This document shows, piece after piece, positions 52,055 through 61,508 of a stretch of 64,000 nt of DNA. The translations under genes were made by a program, and so were the position numbers. Under the pieces are notes generated by a model. That model did not search any database and had not been told where the DNA came from. It worked only from the letters and a program-made list of their open reading frames with translations. Within the stretch, counting starts at the first letter, position 1, and each line of letters opens with the position of its first letter. This DNA comes from Lepidodermella squamata. Its lineage: Eukaryota; Animalia; Gastrotricha. The DNA lies in contig JBLDXI010000013.1 in the NCBI GenBank assembly GCA_047495785.1, forward strand, positions 3,720,001 through 3,784,000. Reading direction: 5' to 3'.

Positions 52055-53731
52055 TCAGGGTAAGGAAAACCGCTCAGCTCTCGCAGCTTTTTTGCGCTCA
52101 TTTTCAGGCGTGGAAGTTCGCGATTTAGAAGCGGTCGGCGGTTCAAAATTCGGGAATTCGCCCAATCTCAACAGCATGTTCGCAGCAGCCCTTGACTTAG
52201 CGTCAGCTTTATTTTTCCCGATGCCTCTAGTCACCATCGAAATTTCACCCGAGATCGAACATTTCGCAGTGAAAAGCATCTCACATTGAGGGCGCGATGG
52301 ATCGTTGCGAATATCGAAATCTAGCGTGATTGATTTCTTTTTCGCCAAAACATGCAAAATGTCACTCGGATTTTTCGACCATATTTCAGCGGCAAATTTC
52401 GTAGAATCAATCGAAGCATTCAAGCAATTGGCGATATATTTCGCCTGATCTTTCATCGAAGCGATAGGCACACCAATGAATTCGACTTTTTCGGGTTTTT
52501 GACTTGACGATTGGGCGGAGAAATGGTGTTGAATAGTCACGACAGTTCTTTTATGGCTCCGAGCTTTTTCGCCCAAAACCGAAATTCCAACGTCATTTTC
52601 TTCGAAATCGACATTGAAACCCAAATGCCGCAAATAACCGCCGAGATCGAGGAGGTAAGGGTCGAATAACAGACTGAATTCGGCAGGATTTTTCAAATTT
52701 TTCTCGATATTCAACGTGGAAGAACACGATGACTGATCGTCAATAAACGACTCGGAATTAGGTATCAACAAATTTCGAGAACGAATAACATCGCAAATCA
52801 CGTCGTAAATTTCCAGCAAGCAATAAGCGTCATTTGCTGCGTATATCAGCTGGCCACGAGATAGCGGACGCCGGCACCAATTCGACATTCGATACATTTT
52901 CGAGAGAGGCTTTCCGAGAAAAGTTCTCGCAACTTCAGCCAGATTTTTCGGCGGGCCGACGTTGGTAGAAGCATCTAGAGTGACCCCATTTTTCAAGGTA
53001 ATAGGACCACAGCCTCGAACTCGAAGGGCGTCCCAAACGCGAGGAACAAGAACCTCAATATCAACAACGCTTTCCAGCGCTAATTTACTGCAATACTGGG
53101 GGAAAGTTCGACCTAAAGTCACTACGTCAGAATTGAAACCGAACGCGATTTTTCTCACGTCTTTCGATGCGAAAAATTGTTGAAGGAACGCCCAGTCACC
53201 CTTGGCCAATTTACGCGACAAATTTTCGATATCAACAATAAAAACTGAATTTTCAATGCCGAGTTGAATTATCGACGTCGCGCTGACTGAGTTTGGCAGA
53301 AAATTCGGCAGCCATTCCGAGTCGATTCCGACACATTTATTCTTCGGCAACGCCAGGATATTTTCGAAAATTTCTCGAAATTTCGGCGGAGAATCGATGA
53401 ATTGTATCGAGGATTCAGGTATCGGTAAAGTGTAGAATAACGGCGACGGTTGACTAGGAAAATGCGGCGCTTTTTTACCTGGGCCTGGGGTGTGAGCCAG
53501 GGTGCGTAGAAAATGGTGCAGCTTGTACTTGTTCGCCATGAAACGCGCTTCTTCGTAATAATGCTTCTTGATAAGAGTTGAAACTAAGAAATGAGGATAA
53601 CGTGAGTCAATATCTTCAAAACGATCGACCATATCACGAAACGTCGCAATGTCCATTTCAGCTTTTTCCCCGAAAACCAATTTCAACATGTAAAAAGTTG
53701 AGCCTTGAAGCTGCGAATAAGTCGCCGTCAT
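52055..53731 (-). CDS. EXD3: EXD3/MUT-7-like exonuclease, paralog 4 (short NTD + EXO + partial Mut7-C + dsRBD)
   Basis: 558 aa; VGIDSEW, GFNSDV, SNWCRRPL..YAANDAY; LLFDPYLLDLGGYLRHLGFNV; GIGKNKADAKSRAAANMLLRL. Confidence 0.88.
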   Translation of the reverse strand: MTATYSQLQGSTFYMLKLVFGEKAEMDIATFRDMVDRFEDIDSRYPHFLVSTLIKKHYYEEARFMANKYKLHHFLRTLAHTPGPGKKAPHFPSQPSPLFYTLPIPESSIQFIDSPPKFREIFENILALPKNKCVGIDSEWLPNFLPNSVSATSIIQLGIENSVFIVDIENLSRKLAKGDWAFLQQFFASKDVRKIAFGFNSDVVTLGRTFPQYCSKLALESVVDIEVLVPRVWDALRVRGCGPITLKNGVTLDASTNVGPPKNLAEVARTFLGKPLSKMYRMSNWCRRPLSRGQLIYAANDAYCLLEIYDVICDVIRSRNLLIPNSESFIDDQSSCSSTLNIEKNLKNPAEFSLLFDPYLLDLGGYLRHLGFNVDFEENDVGISVLGEKARSHKRTVVTIQHHFSAQSSSQKPEKVEFIGVPIASMKDQAKYIANCLNASIDSTKFAAEIWSKNPSDILHVLAKKKSITLDFDIRNDPSRPQCEMLFTAKCSISGEISMVTRGIGKNKADAKSRAAANMLLRLGEFPNFEPPTASKSRTSTPENERKKAARAERFSLP

Positions 53732-53831
53732 TATTGTAAAAAAAAATTCAAACTAATTTCAACAAAAAATGCAATGGGTAATTAATTTAATCAATGGCAC
53801 AGAAAAAAAAAACAAGTTAAAATATAATTTT

Positions 53832-55796
53832 TTAAGGCGATTCAGCCTCTGTCAAGCTAACATTTGAAAGATCGAGCTCAGACGAAGAGGAAGAAACATC
53901 GGCAATATTATTATTGCAAAATAGAGCCAATTCCAAGTTTTGAGACGCGATAACATAATTTATCTGAGCGTAAATTTCAAGAAGACTTGTAACATCACAG
54001 GCCGCATACAAAAGCTGGCCTTGGTCGAGCGGGCGGCGATTCCAGTTCGACATTCGGTACATTTTCGAAATTCGCCGGCCGAGAAATTTTTGCGAGACAT
54101 CAACAAGGCTTTTCGGCGCTGTTTCACTCAACGAAACGTCAAGAATCGAATTCGAACCAGGCAGTGAAATTGGGCCGCAATTTTTCTCGCGAAGATTTAG
54201 CCAAAGTTGATCGACTACGCCACCGATATCGACAGTATTCGAAAATTTCAGATCGCGAAATGCATCAGGGTAGCTACGTTGCAACATGCTGATGTCAGAA
54301 TTGAAGCCAAAGGCAACTTTCGTGACATCGGAAGACGAGAAGAAATCACGCATTAATTGCCAGTCACATTTGCTCAACAATTTTTTCAGGGAAATTAAAT
54401 CGAGAATGAAGACGCGATCTGAAGTTCCGAGCTGTAAAATCGAGGGAATTTGTTGTTGCCCGGGAGCAACAACTCCGGTCCATTCAGCATCTAACCCAAC
54501 TAAACCGTTACTTTCCAGCAATAGGCTCATTATTTCACGATATTTTTCAGCAGTGTCCACCATCAAAATAGAGGTCAAAGGCAGCGGAAATTCATAAATA
54601 GGCAACGAAAAATTCGTTTTTGACGGACTTTTCAACTTTTTCTCAGGCGATGACGCCTGTTGTTGTTGTTTCACGGGTGAAAAGGACGAGAAAACGGGAG
54701 AATAAACCAGTTCAGTGAAACCGAAACACTCGGCCCAATAACGAGCTTCGTCTAAATGGCCGAATTTCATCAGTGTCTTGACAATTTTCTGCGAAAAACG
54801 GTTATCAATTCGCGAAAATTCGTCGATTACCTCGCGAAACGTGGCTAAATCCATTTCTGCCTCGCTGCCGAACGTCGATTTAATAATATATGCTGATTTC
54901 TTTTCAAGTTCCATATAAATTATATTACGACAAAATCGACGAGGCGGGCGGATGTTTCGCCACAGTTCAACAGCATTCGACTCAAAAGTCGTTAGAGACA
55001 CATGGAAATTTCGCCCCTCCTCCAATTCAGCCCGAATAGCAGGGAAACGGTCATTCAACGGCGTTCCGATGAAAGAATCAACATAAGCGACTACTTCGAA
55101 AATTCGACTCGAGGGGCGGACGTGTTTTAACATTTTCGAAGCTACGCCAGCTCGATTTTTACAAGCCATGAACAAAACTTGTTTTCGCAACAAATCATCG
55201 TTAAAATCTGCTACAGCCTGCCATAATTTAGGCCCAAGACTTTCTAACATAGCCAACAAAGCGTGGTAATTTTTGCTATTCGCATGGCTCCGCAACTCTT
55301 TGACAAAAAATTCCAAGACTTCTTGGCGGTCATGATCAGGGAATCGAAAGAGCAAACACGCGGTGCCGAAGCTACGATTGTTATGCTTAACAGCTAAATA
55401 AGCGGCTCGCTTCAGAATTTCGACATTAATTAGGCCGCTGAATTGTTCCCACCACTCGTTATCGAATTTAATGTTGTCTTTTCGGTGAATTTTACCACGG
55501 GGTAGACGCGTTTGCTGCCAAGCTATGAAGCGGTGCCAAAAACGAAGATGCAAACTGTCGGAATTTGCGATATTTTCCGGTTCGGCAGGTAAACTTTCCA
55601 TTAGCTCCAAGAATGAAATGAAAGGATTTTCAGCCGCGGCGAAAAAGCTCCAAATCGCCATGGTCACCATATCTCGATTTTTGTTGTCGGTTTTGCGGTC
55701 AAGCCATGTCTTTTGAGCCCATTCGCTGAAAATCGCCACATTTTTCACGTCGATCCCAGGGTCCAACACTGTAACTTGAGGCGTATTTTCTTCCAT
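53832..55796 (-). CDS. EXD3: EXD3/MUT-7-like exonuclease, paralog 3 (NTD + EXO)
   Basis: 654 aa; VGLDAEW, GFNSDI, SNWNRRPL..YAACDV. Confidence 0.88.
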   Translation of the reverse strand: MEENTPQVTVLDPGIDVKNVAIFSEWAQKTWLDRKTDNKNRDMVTMAIWSFFAAAENPFISFLELMESLPAEPENIANSDSLHLRFWHRFIAWQQTRLPRGKIHRKDNIKFDNEWWEQFSGLINVEILKRAAYLAVKHNNRSFGTACLLFRFPDHDRQEVLEFFVKELRSHANSKNYHALLAMLESLGPKLWQAVADFNDDLLRKQVLFMACKNRAGVASKMLKHVRPSSRIFEVVAYVDSFIGTPLNDRFPAIRAELEEGRNFHVSLTTFESNAVELWRNIRPPRRFCRNIIYMELEKKSAYIIKSTFGSEAEMDLATFREVIDEFSRIDNRFSQKIVKTLMKFGHLDEARYWAECFGFTELVYSPVFSSFSPVKQQQQASSPEKKLKSPSKTNFSLPIYEFPLPLTSILMVDTAEKYREIMSLLLESNGLVGLDAEWTGVVAPGQQQIPSILQLGTSDRVFILDLISLKKLLSKCDWQLMRDFFSSSDVTKVAFGFNSDISMLQRSYPDAFRDLKFSNTVDIGGVVDQLWLNLREKNCGPISLPGSNSILDVSLSETAPKSLVDVSQKFLGRRISKMYRMSNWNRRPLDQGQLLYAACDVTSLLEIYAQINYVIASQNLELALFCNNNIADVSSSSSELDLSNVSLTEAESP

Positions 55797-55864
55797 TTTT
55801 AATGTCTATAAAAATGAATAAAGCGATGAAATTTATTAAAATATAATTCAGCAAAATAAAATGT

Positions 55865-57679
55865 TCATAATTCGCACTCGGAAGATGAAGAAACATCTGT
55901 CTGAGCAGGCTCCAACAAATCCAACTTGATATTCAACGATTCAATAACAAATTTAATTTCATCGAAAATGTCCAACAAACAAACAGCGTCTATTGCCCCG
56001 TATATAATCTGAGCTCGATCTAACGGCCGTCGATTCCAGTTAGATTTGCGCACCCGTTTAGAAATGCGCCGGCCCAAAAAACGCTGGGCAAGTTCGGTCA
56101 AACTACCGGGAGCATTGCAAGCGGCAACATCGAGAATAACACCGGAATTTTTCAGCTTTACTTGGCCAGAATTAGCGAGGCGTAAATTTGTCCACAGTCG
56201 AGGCGCCACAATTTTCAAATCAACGGTATTCAACAGTTCAAAATTTCGAAAGTGATCGGGAAAAGAGGTTTTCAGCATAGTTGCATCGGATTTGAAGTCG
56301 AAGGTGACTTTTTGCACTTTTTCGGAAGAGAACATGTCTAGCAGAAGTTGCCAGTCATTTGGCTCCAGTTTATCGCTCAGAGTTACGAAATCGACTAAAT
56401 AAGCTCGATCTCGAAGACCGAGCTGCAAAATCGAAACAAGCTGCTTCTGGCCGGGTAGAGGTATACACGGCCACTCTGAATCAATCCCAACTACAGAGGC
56501 TGAATTGAGAATATAGAGTAGAGCTTCACGAAATTCAGTCACGTTCGATAGCAGATGAATTGAATTTTCAGGCAAAGGATACTCGTAAACTGGCAGTGTA
56601 TAATCAGCCTTTGAAGGGCTTAAAATACGCTTGGTCTTTTCGTTACAATGTGAATCGCCAACGACCGAATTCAAGCCGAAAATGTTCGCCCAATAATGAG
56701 CTTCTTCGCACATGTTTTCATCACTCAACGATTTGATAAGAAATTCACGGCACCGAGGTTCAATCTCGCAATAGGCGGCAATCAGCTCTCGAAACGTCGC
56801 CAAATCCATCTCGCTGTGCTCTTCAAAGGCCATTCCAATGAGGTAAGTTATTTTCTTGCGGATTTCAGCGAACGCGACATTGGGGCATATTTTCTGAGGT
56901 ATATTCATCAAACGGCACAGTTCGGCCGCGCTCGACTCGAATGAATCCAAGGTGAATTGGTTAGTGGAAAGCTCAGTTTGAATTAAAGCACTTCTCTCGT
57001 GATTATGCATTCCGACAAAAGAGTCCAAATAAGAAAATATAGCAGAAGTTCCCTCTGTTTCTTGGTTAATCATCAACAATTTTTTCGCAATTTTGACCTT
57101 GCCTTTGCAAATCAGCAACAAAACTAGGCAATTTAATGATTTCTTGTCAAGTTCGAGATGCATTTCGGTCAATTTCTCGCTCATCTTCTCCAGGATATTG
57201 GAAACCGCTACGTAATTGTCATGCTTTAGTAGCTCGGATACCTTTCCCGAAATATCACGGAGGCCTTTCTCATCAACATAAGTGGATAACCGGAAAGCAG
57301 CACTTATTACAGAGAAATTAGCCGCGTTGTTCCTCAAAGCAAGATTCAAAGCTCTGTCGACGATCTCGGGTGAGACATAGCGACTGAATCGAATAGACCA
57401 CAAATCAACGCCGTGATGAGTAATTTTATCTCGCTGGATGGTAAATTGCTGCCAGATAATAAACCGAGTCCATATTAAATTTTCTAATTCTTGAACGCAG
57501 CCATGTAGAAAGTGGACAATGTCAATTATCGAGGAAAATGGATTCAGGCTCTTGGAAAATAAATCTTGCAGGAGATTAGCGATCTTTTCTTTGAAGTCGG
57601 GATCTTGCTGCAGCCAAGCTTTCTCGATTAATCCGGCCAACGCTCTCGCATCATCATTAGACTTTTCATTAGAGCTCAT
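55865..57679 (-). CDS. EXD3: EXD3/MUT-7-like exonuclease, paralog 2 (NTD + EXO)
   Basis: 604 aa; VGIDSEW, DFKSDA, SNWNRRPL..YGAIDAV. Confidence 0.88.
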   Translation of the reverse strand: MSSNEKSNDDARALAGLIEKAWLQQDPDFKEKIANLLQDLFSKSLNPFSSIIDIVHFLHGCVQELENLIWTRFIIWQQFTIQRDKITHHGVDLWSIRFSRYVSPEIVDRALNLALRNNAANFSVISAAFRLSTYVDEKGLRDISGKVSELLKHDNYVAVSNILEKMSEKLTEMHLELDKKSLNCLVLLLICKGKVKIAKKLLMINQETEGTSAIFSYLDSFVGMHNHERSALIQTELSTNQFTLDSFESSAAELCRLMNIPQKICPNVAFAEIRKKITYLIGMAFEEHSEMDLATFRELIAAYCEIEPRCREFLIKSLSDENMCEEAHYWANIFGLNSVVGDSHCNEKTKRILSPSKADYTLPVYEYPLPENSIHLLSNVTEFREALLYILNSASVVGIDSEWPCIPLPGQKQLVSILQLGLRDRAYLVDFVTLSDKLEPNDWQLLLDMFSSEKVQKVTFDFKSDATMLKTSFPDHFRNFELLNTVDLKIVAPRLWTNLRLANSGQVKLKNSGVILDVAACNAPGSLTELAQRFLGRRISKRVRKSNWNRRPLDRAQIIYGAIDAVCLLDIFDEIKFVIESLNIKLDLLEPAQTDVSSSSECEL

Positions 57680-57732
57680 TAATTTTTGTTAAAATGATCT
57701 AGCGAAAAAAATAAAAAATAAAAATTAAGAAA

Positions 57733-60117
57733 TTAATACTCATCCTCGAGCTCTTTCTCAGTCAATAACAAAATCATGTTAGTTGCAGCACGATTTTTCG
57801 CATCATGCTTAGAAGCCCCGACGCCTTTAGTTTCTAATAACAATTCACCAGATGAAGTCGAATGCAAGCGGCAAATAGTCTCGAACGGAGGTTCGTCATC
57901 AGAGCGACCAGGCTTGATAACATCTTCGTATGTAGCGTGGCCACGATCAGGCAGGTGAGCAGAAACTTGATGCAGACGCTGAATTGGATTTTTAATAACA
58001 AAATTTTCATCAATCTTTGTAGCATCAACACGAGTGCCGAGCCTGAGAGCGAGGAATTCAATCTGATCTCGGAGTGAACCAGTTGGAACTGAAATCAACT
58101 TGTCCGATTGTTCCTCGTTGATACAGGATGTTATGATTATGCAGTCGTTTAAATTTGCTTTTTCTTCCAAATCAGTGATATCGCATTGTTTTGGTATGAT
58201 TGAAACATCAAATCCAATCCGTCTCAAGCAAAGACCAAGGTCAACCAAGACAGCATCACAAAGAAGGTGGAACTTGGAATAATCAGCTGAAACGTCATCT
58301 TTCACATTATTCGTATTTTCCACATTCAAATTGCAAGCAGAGATGAGAAAAGACATTGAGCGATATATTTCTAACAAGCAATACGCGTCGATCGCAGCGT
58401 AGAGTACTTGGCCTTCATTCAATGGCCGTCGCCTCCAGTTTGATAATCTGTACATTTTGTTTATTCGTTTTCCAATGAAAATTCGTGCGACATCGGATAA
58501 ACTTGACGGGACTTCCGCAGTCTTAACGTTGAACGATAAGTTGTTTTCCAGCTGAATAATCGGATGATTAGCCGCTCTTAATAGTTTCCATAATCTGACA
58601 GTTAGGCTCTCGAAGTCAACCAGGTTAACAATTTGAACGCCATCCATTTGCGGAAACGATTCAAGCAAAGCGGAGACATCGGACTCAAATCCAAACGTCA
58701 ACTTCTTTATTTTAGGAGAAGAAAACAACTCTTTCAGCAAGCTCCAGTCGCTTTCATTAAATTCAGCCGATAATTGATCCATATCGAGAAGAAAAACGCG
58801 ATCAGAGACTGCAAGTTGGAGAATAGATATTTTTGATTTGCTGCCAAGTTGGCACATTGCGGGCCATTCGGAATCAATGCCAATCAGTAAGTCATGCTCG
58901 GTCAGTTTGTCAGCTTCAGATAGAAGGCAATCAAGAGTACGCTGGAAATCTGCTCTCGAGCTCACAACTTTTACACATTGGCGAGGGATCGGCAGCGCGT
59001 AAAATTGAGAACTGGCAATGCTTTCATTCATCTTATTTCTATCGCTGAGGTAGTTTTTGCTGTTATCATGAGTTAAAAGGCAAGTTTCGATATTAGGAGG
59101 CAATTTCTCCATATCCTTCGCAAATTGCAAGAAGTAACGAGCTTCATTGGGAAGACCGTGAGAAGATAGGTAAGAAATAACCCATGATAGAAAACTAAGA
59201 TGATCATTCGCTAAAAGTAAAATGAACTCGTGAAAAGAATCAACGTCCATTTCGGCTTCAACGCCAAATGCTGCGCGTACCATGAACAGAGTCATTTCCT
59301 TTAGGTAAATCAAAACGACGTTGGGGCAGCAGTCAGGTAAAATATTCAAATCGGCTATAATACCGGATAAGATAGTGAACATTGAAGAGTGGGAATAGAC
59401 AAGCTTAGCTGGAGACGCGAGAATGTCAGAAGTGAATGGATCAGAGTCTTCCGAAATTTCAGGAATCACAAGAGCATCTAGCGATGACATGAGGTTAATA
59501 ATTTTCATTGGAGAATTCATAGATTTTAAAATAGCTTTCAGCAAATGTCCCTCCTTTTTGCTTATCAAGAATAGCGACAGATTCTTTAGCTGATCATCGC
59601 TAAGAATGTCACACAGCTGGAATTTATCAGCACCCAAGTGATCAATCATAGCAGCAGCAGCTCGGAAATTGTTCTCGCTGATCAATTGAGACAGTTTTGC
59701 AGAAAATATAAGTGAGATTGGACGATCACGGCAGTGTTCCTTGAACTTGAAAGTGTTAGACGCAGTAGAAAAATACCGCATTTTGTTCTTGAAAGATAAT
59801 TCAACAGCACGCAGCAATTGTTCGCCAGATAGAAGGTCACTCATAACGTTGTTTTGGTTCGTCGAAGCAGATACAGATTCCAGCTTCTTCGTGAATTGAT
59901 GCCAAGCATAATCTGTGACCTTTTCCCAGTATCTTATAGGTTCCGTGGCAAGGTGGTCAATAAGGTTCAAAAACGCCTCGGCTGGATTAGCAGCTTCTTC
60001 AAAGTAACGATCAAGAAAATGTAGAACGGCTTCCTTGCTATTAATTTCGTTTGTCCGCTCTCTCAAAATCAAATCAAGGTTCAACACCAATGCCGTGACA
60101 TCGGAAACACAGGACAT
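57733..60117 (-). CDS. EXD3: EXD3/MUT-7-like exonuclease, paralog 1 (NTD + EXO + partial Mut7-C + dsRBD)
   Basis: 794 aa; IGIDSEW, GFESDV, SNWRRRPL..YAAIDAY; LLCDAVLVDLGLCLRRIGFDV; NPIQRLHQ..PPFETIC..GVGASKHDAKNRAATNMILLL. Confidence 0.9.
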   Translation of the reverse strand: MSCVSDVTALVLNLDLILRERTNEINSKEAVLHFLDRYFEEAANPAEAFLNLIDHLATEPIRYWEKVTDYAWHQFTKKLESVSASTNQNNVMSDLLSGEQLLRAVELSFKNKMRYFSTASNTFKFKEHCRDRPISLIFSAKLSQLISENNFRAAAAMIDHLGADKFQLCDILSDDQLKNLSLFLISKKEGHLLKAILKSMNSPMKIINLMSSLDALVIPEISEDSDPFTSDILASPAKLVYSHSSMFTILSGIIADLNILPDCCPNVVLIYLKEMTLFMVRAAFGVEAEMDVDSFHEFILLLANDHLSFLSWVISYLSSHGLPNEARYFLQFAKDMEKLPPNIETCLLTHDNSKNYLSDRNKMNESIASSQFYALPIPRQCVKVVSSRADFQRTLDCLLSEADKLTEHDLLIGIDSEWPAMCQLGSKSKISILQLAVSDRVFLLDMDQLSAEFNESDWSLLKELFSSPKIKKLTFGFESDVSALLESFPQMDGVQIVNLVDFESLTVRLWKLLRAANHPIIQLENNLSFNVKTAEVPSSLSDVARIFIGKRINKMYRLSNWRRRPLNEGQVLYAAIDAYCLLEIYRSMSFLISACNLNVENTNNVKDDVSADYSKFHLLCDAVLVDLGLCLRRIGFDVSIIPKQCDITDLEEKANLNDCIIITSCINEEQSDKLISVPTGSLRDQIEFLALRLGTRVDATKIDENFVIKNPIQRLHQVSAHLPDRGHATYEDVIKPGRSDDEPPFETICRLHSTSSGELLLETKGVGASKHDAKNRAATNMILLLTEKELEDEY

Positions 60118-60751
60118 TTCAGATTAAAAACGAGGTTGAATCTATGAAGAACGATAAAACTTCACAAACTTGGGACTTGATGAACTGGCTTATGAATATA
60201 GCATGGCAGATGCTTTGAATTATCATCTCACTTGAATCACTTGCGTGCATACGCATTAGCTATGTCTACCATCCACCCGACTCGAGTGCAGTTGGCGTAA
60301 AACCATGAGAAAAGGCTACCGCAGACCGGCAAACAAGCACGCGTTGCTACATATAAAAAATTTCGGCACCTTGCTAGCGAATTCAACTTATTGATTCGGT
60401 TAGCAAGATGACAGATTGGTATATTTTATGAATTGCAAAGTTTTTCACGCTAAATAAAAGCAGCATTGCGCGCGCGTCCATCACGTCGCGTCAATGATCG
60501 GCCTCTCTGCATTCCTCGCGAGTTCGCGAGCCGCTGAGTTGGTCCTAGGATCTGGATGCTTAGGCGCGCCTTTGTTCCGCAGAACGAAAGTGAACTCTAA
60601 AAGATATTTAGCCATTTCCATTTTAGTCATATGGAGGCACCTCCGTTTTATTAATGAGATTCCTTCAAGGAGGCACAGGGCACAGTATCCTTGATGACCA
60701 GCTGAGAGTTGTCGTTTTAGTGGCGCGGCGGAATTCAGTCTCAAACGTATT

Positions 60752-60780
60752 TATAATAATAATAATAATAATAATAATAA
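60752..60780. repeat. (TAA)n microsatellite
   Basis: About 9 ATA/TAA units. Confidence 0.85.
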
Positions 60781-61508
60781 TTTTATTTCCAAAACAAAGT
60801 TTTGAGGACGGAAAGGGTACGCAGACCGCTTACATCGGCCCTTTTATTCAGTATTTGGCAGAAGACTTAAGATTCAGTGTAACCAGTGTCTTATAAAAAA
60901 TTTGAATCTCATTCGCGTTCCTCGTAGTGGGAAGTAGGAGTCGGCGCTTTTCTCTTTTCTAGCTCTCTTCCAGCTGGTGATGCCTCCTCTATCTTTCTTC
61001 TGCGCCCACTATTGACGTGTTTATAGTAACGAGTTGTTTTTGTTGACCTGCCATGAAATCTTGGACGCCAATCTCAAAAATTGTAGGTCCGTGGTACTCC
61101 CATTTCTCAGTTCTTTGAGGAAGTTTGCAGCAGGCATCCCTTGAAAGCCAGACAAAATCATATGGGATAAGTAGGAGTGCAATTTATGTACGTTACTGTT
61201 ACTAATCGAGTGGCAATTTTGTCATCACGATGAGCTTGTGCTCAAAAACCAATCATGCGGGAGGAGTTGATTAGTTGAAGTAAAATATCGCGGATTCCAT
61301 GAAAACAATAGTGGGAAATACTTATTCGAGGTCTGTGTTTTTCCTTTTTCAGTAGCTGTGTGACATCGTATCCCATCGTTCACATCTACAATTTTTGGTT
61401 TCTGTTGCCCTAACATCATGGTATAGATTTTTTCCGCAGCTTTTGGAGATATACATATGAGTTCAATAAGCCCTGATTTATTTTATTTTATCACGTTAGA
61501 GTCTTTTA

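Noticed and set aside
50138-60117. Bacterial origin or contamination (RNase D-like operon) suggested by intronless, tightly packed ORFs
   Set aside because: Proteins have the animal EXD3-type NTD and SNWxRRPL motif, spacers show AATAAA and splice-acceptor signals rather than Shine-Dalgarno sites, and the array is contiguous with intron-containing animal genes.
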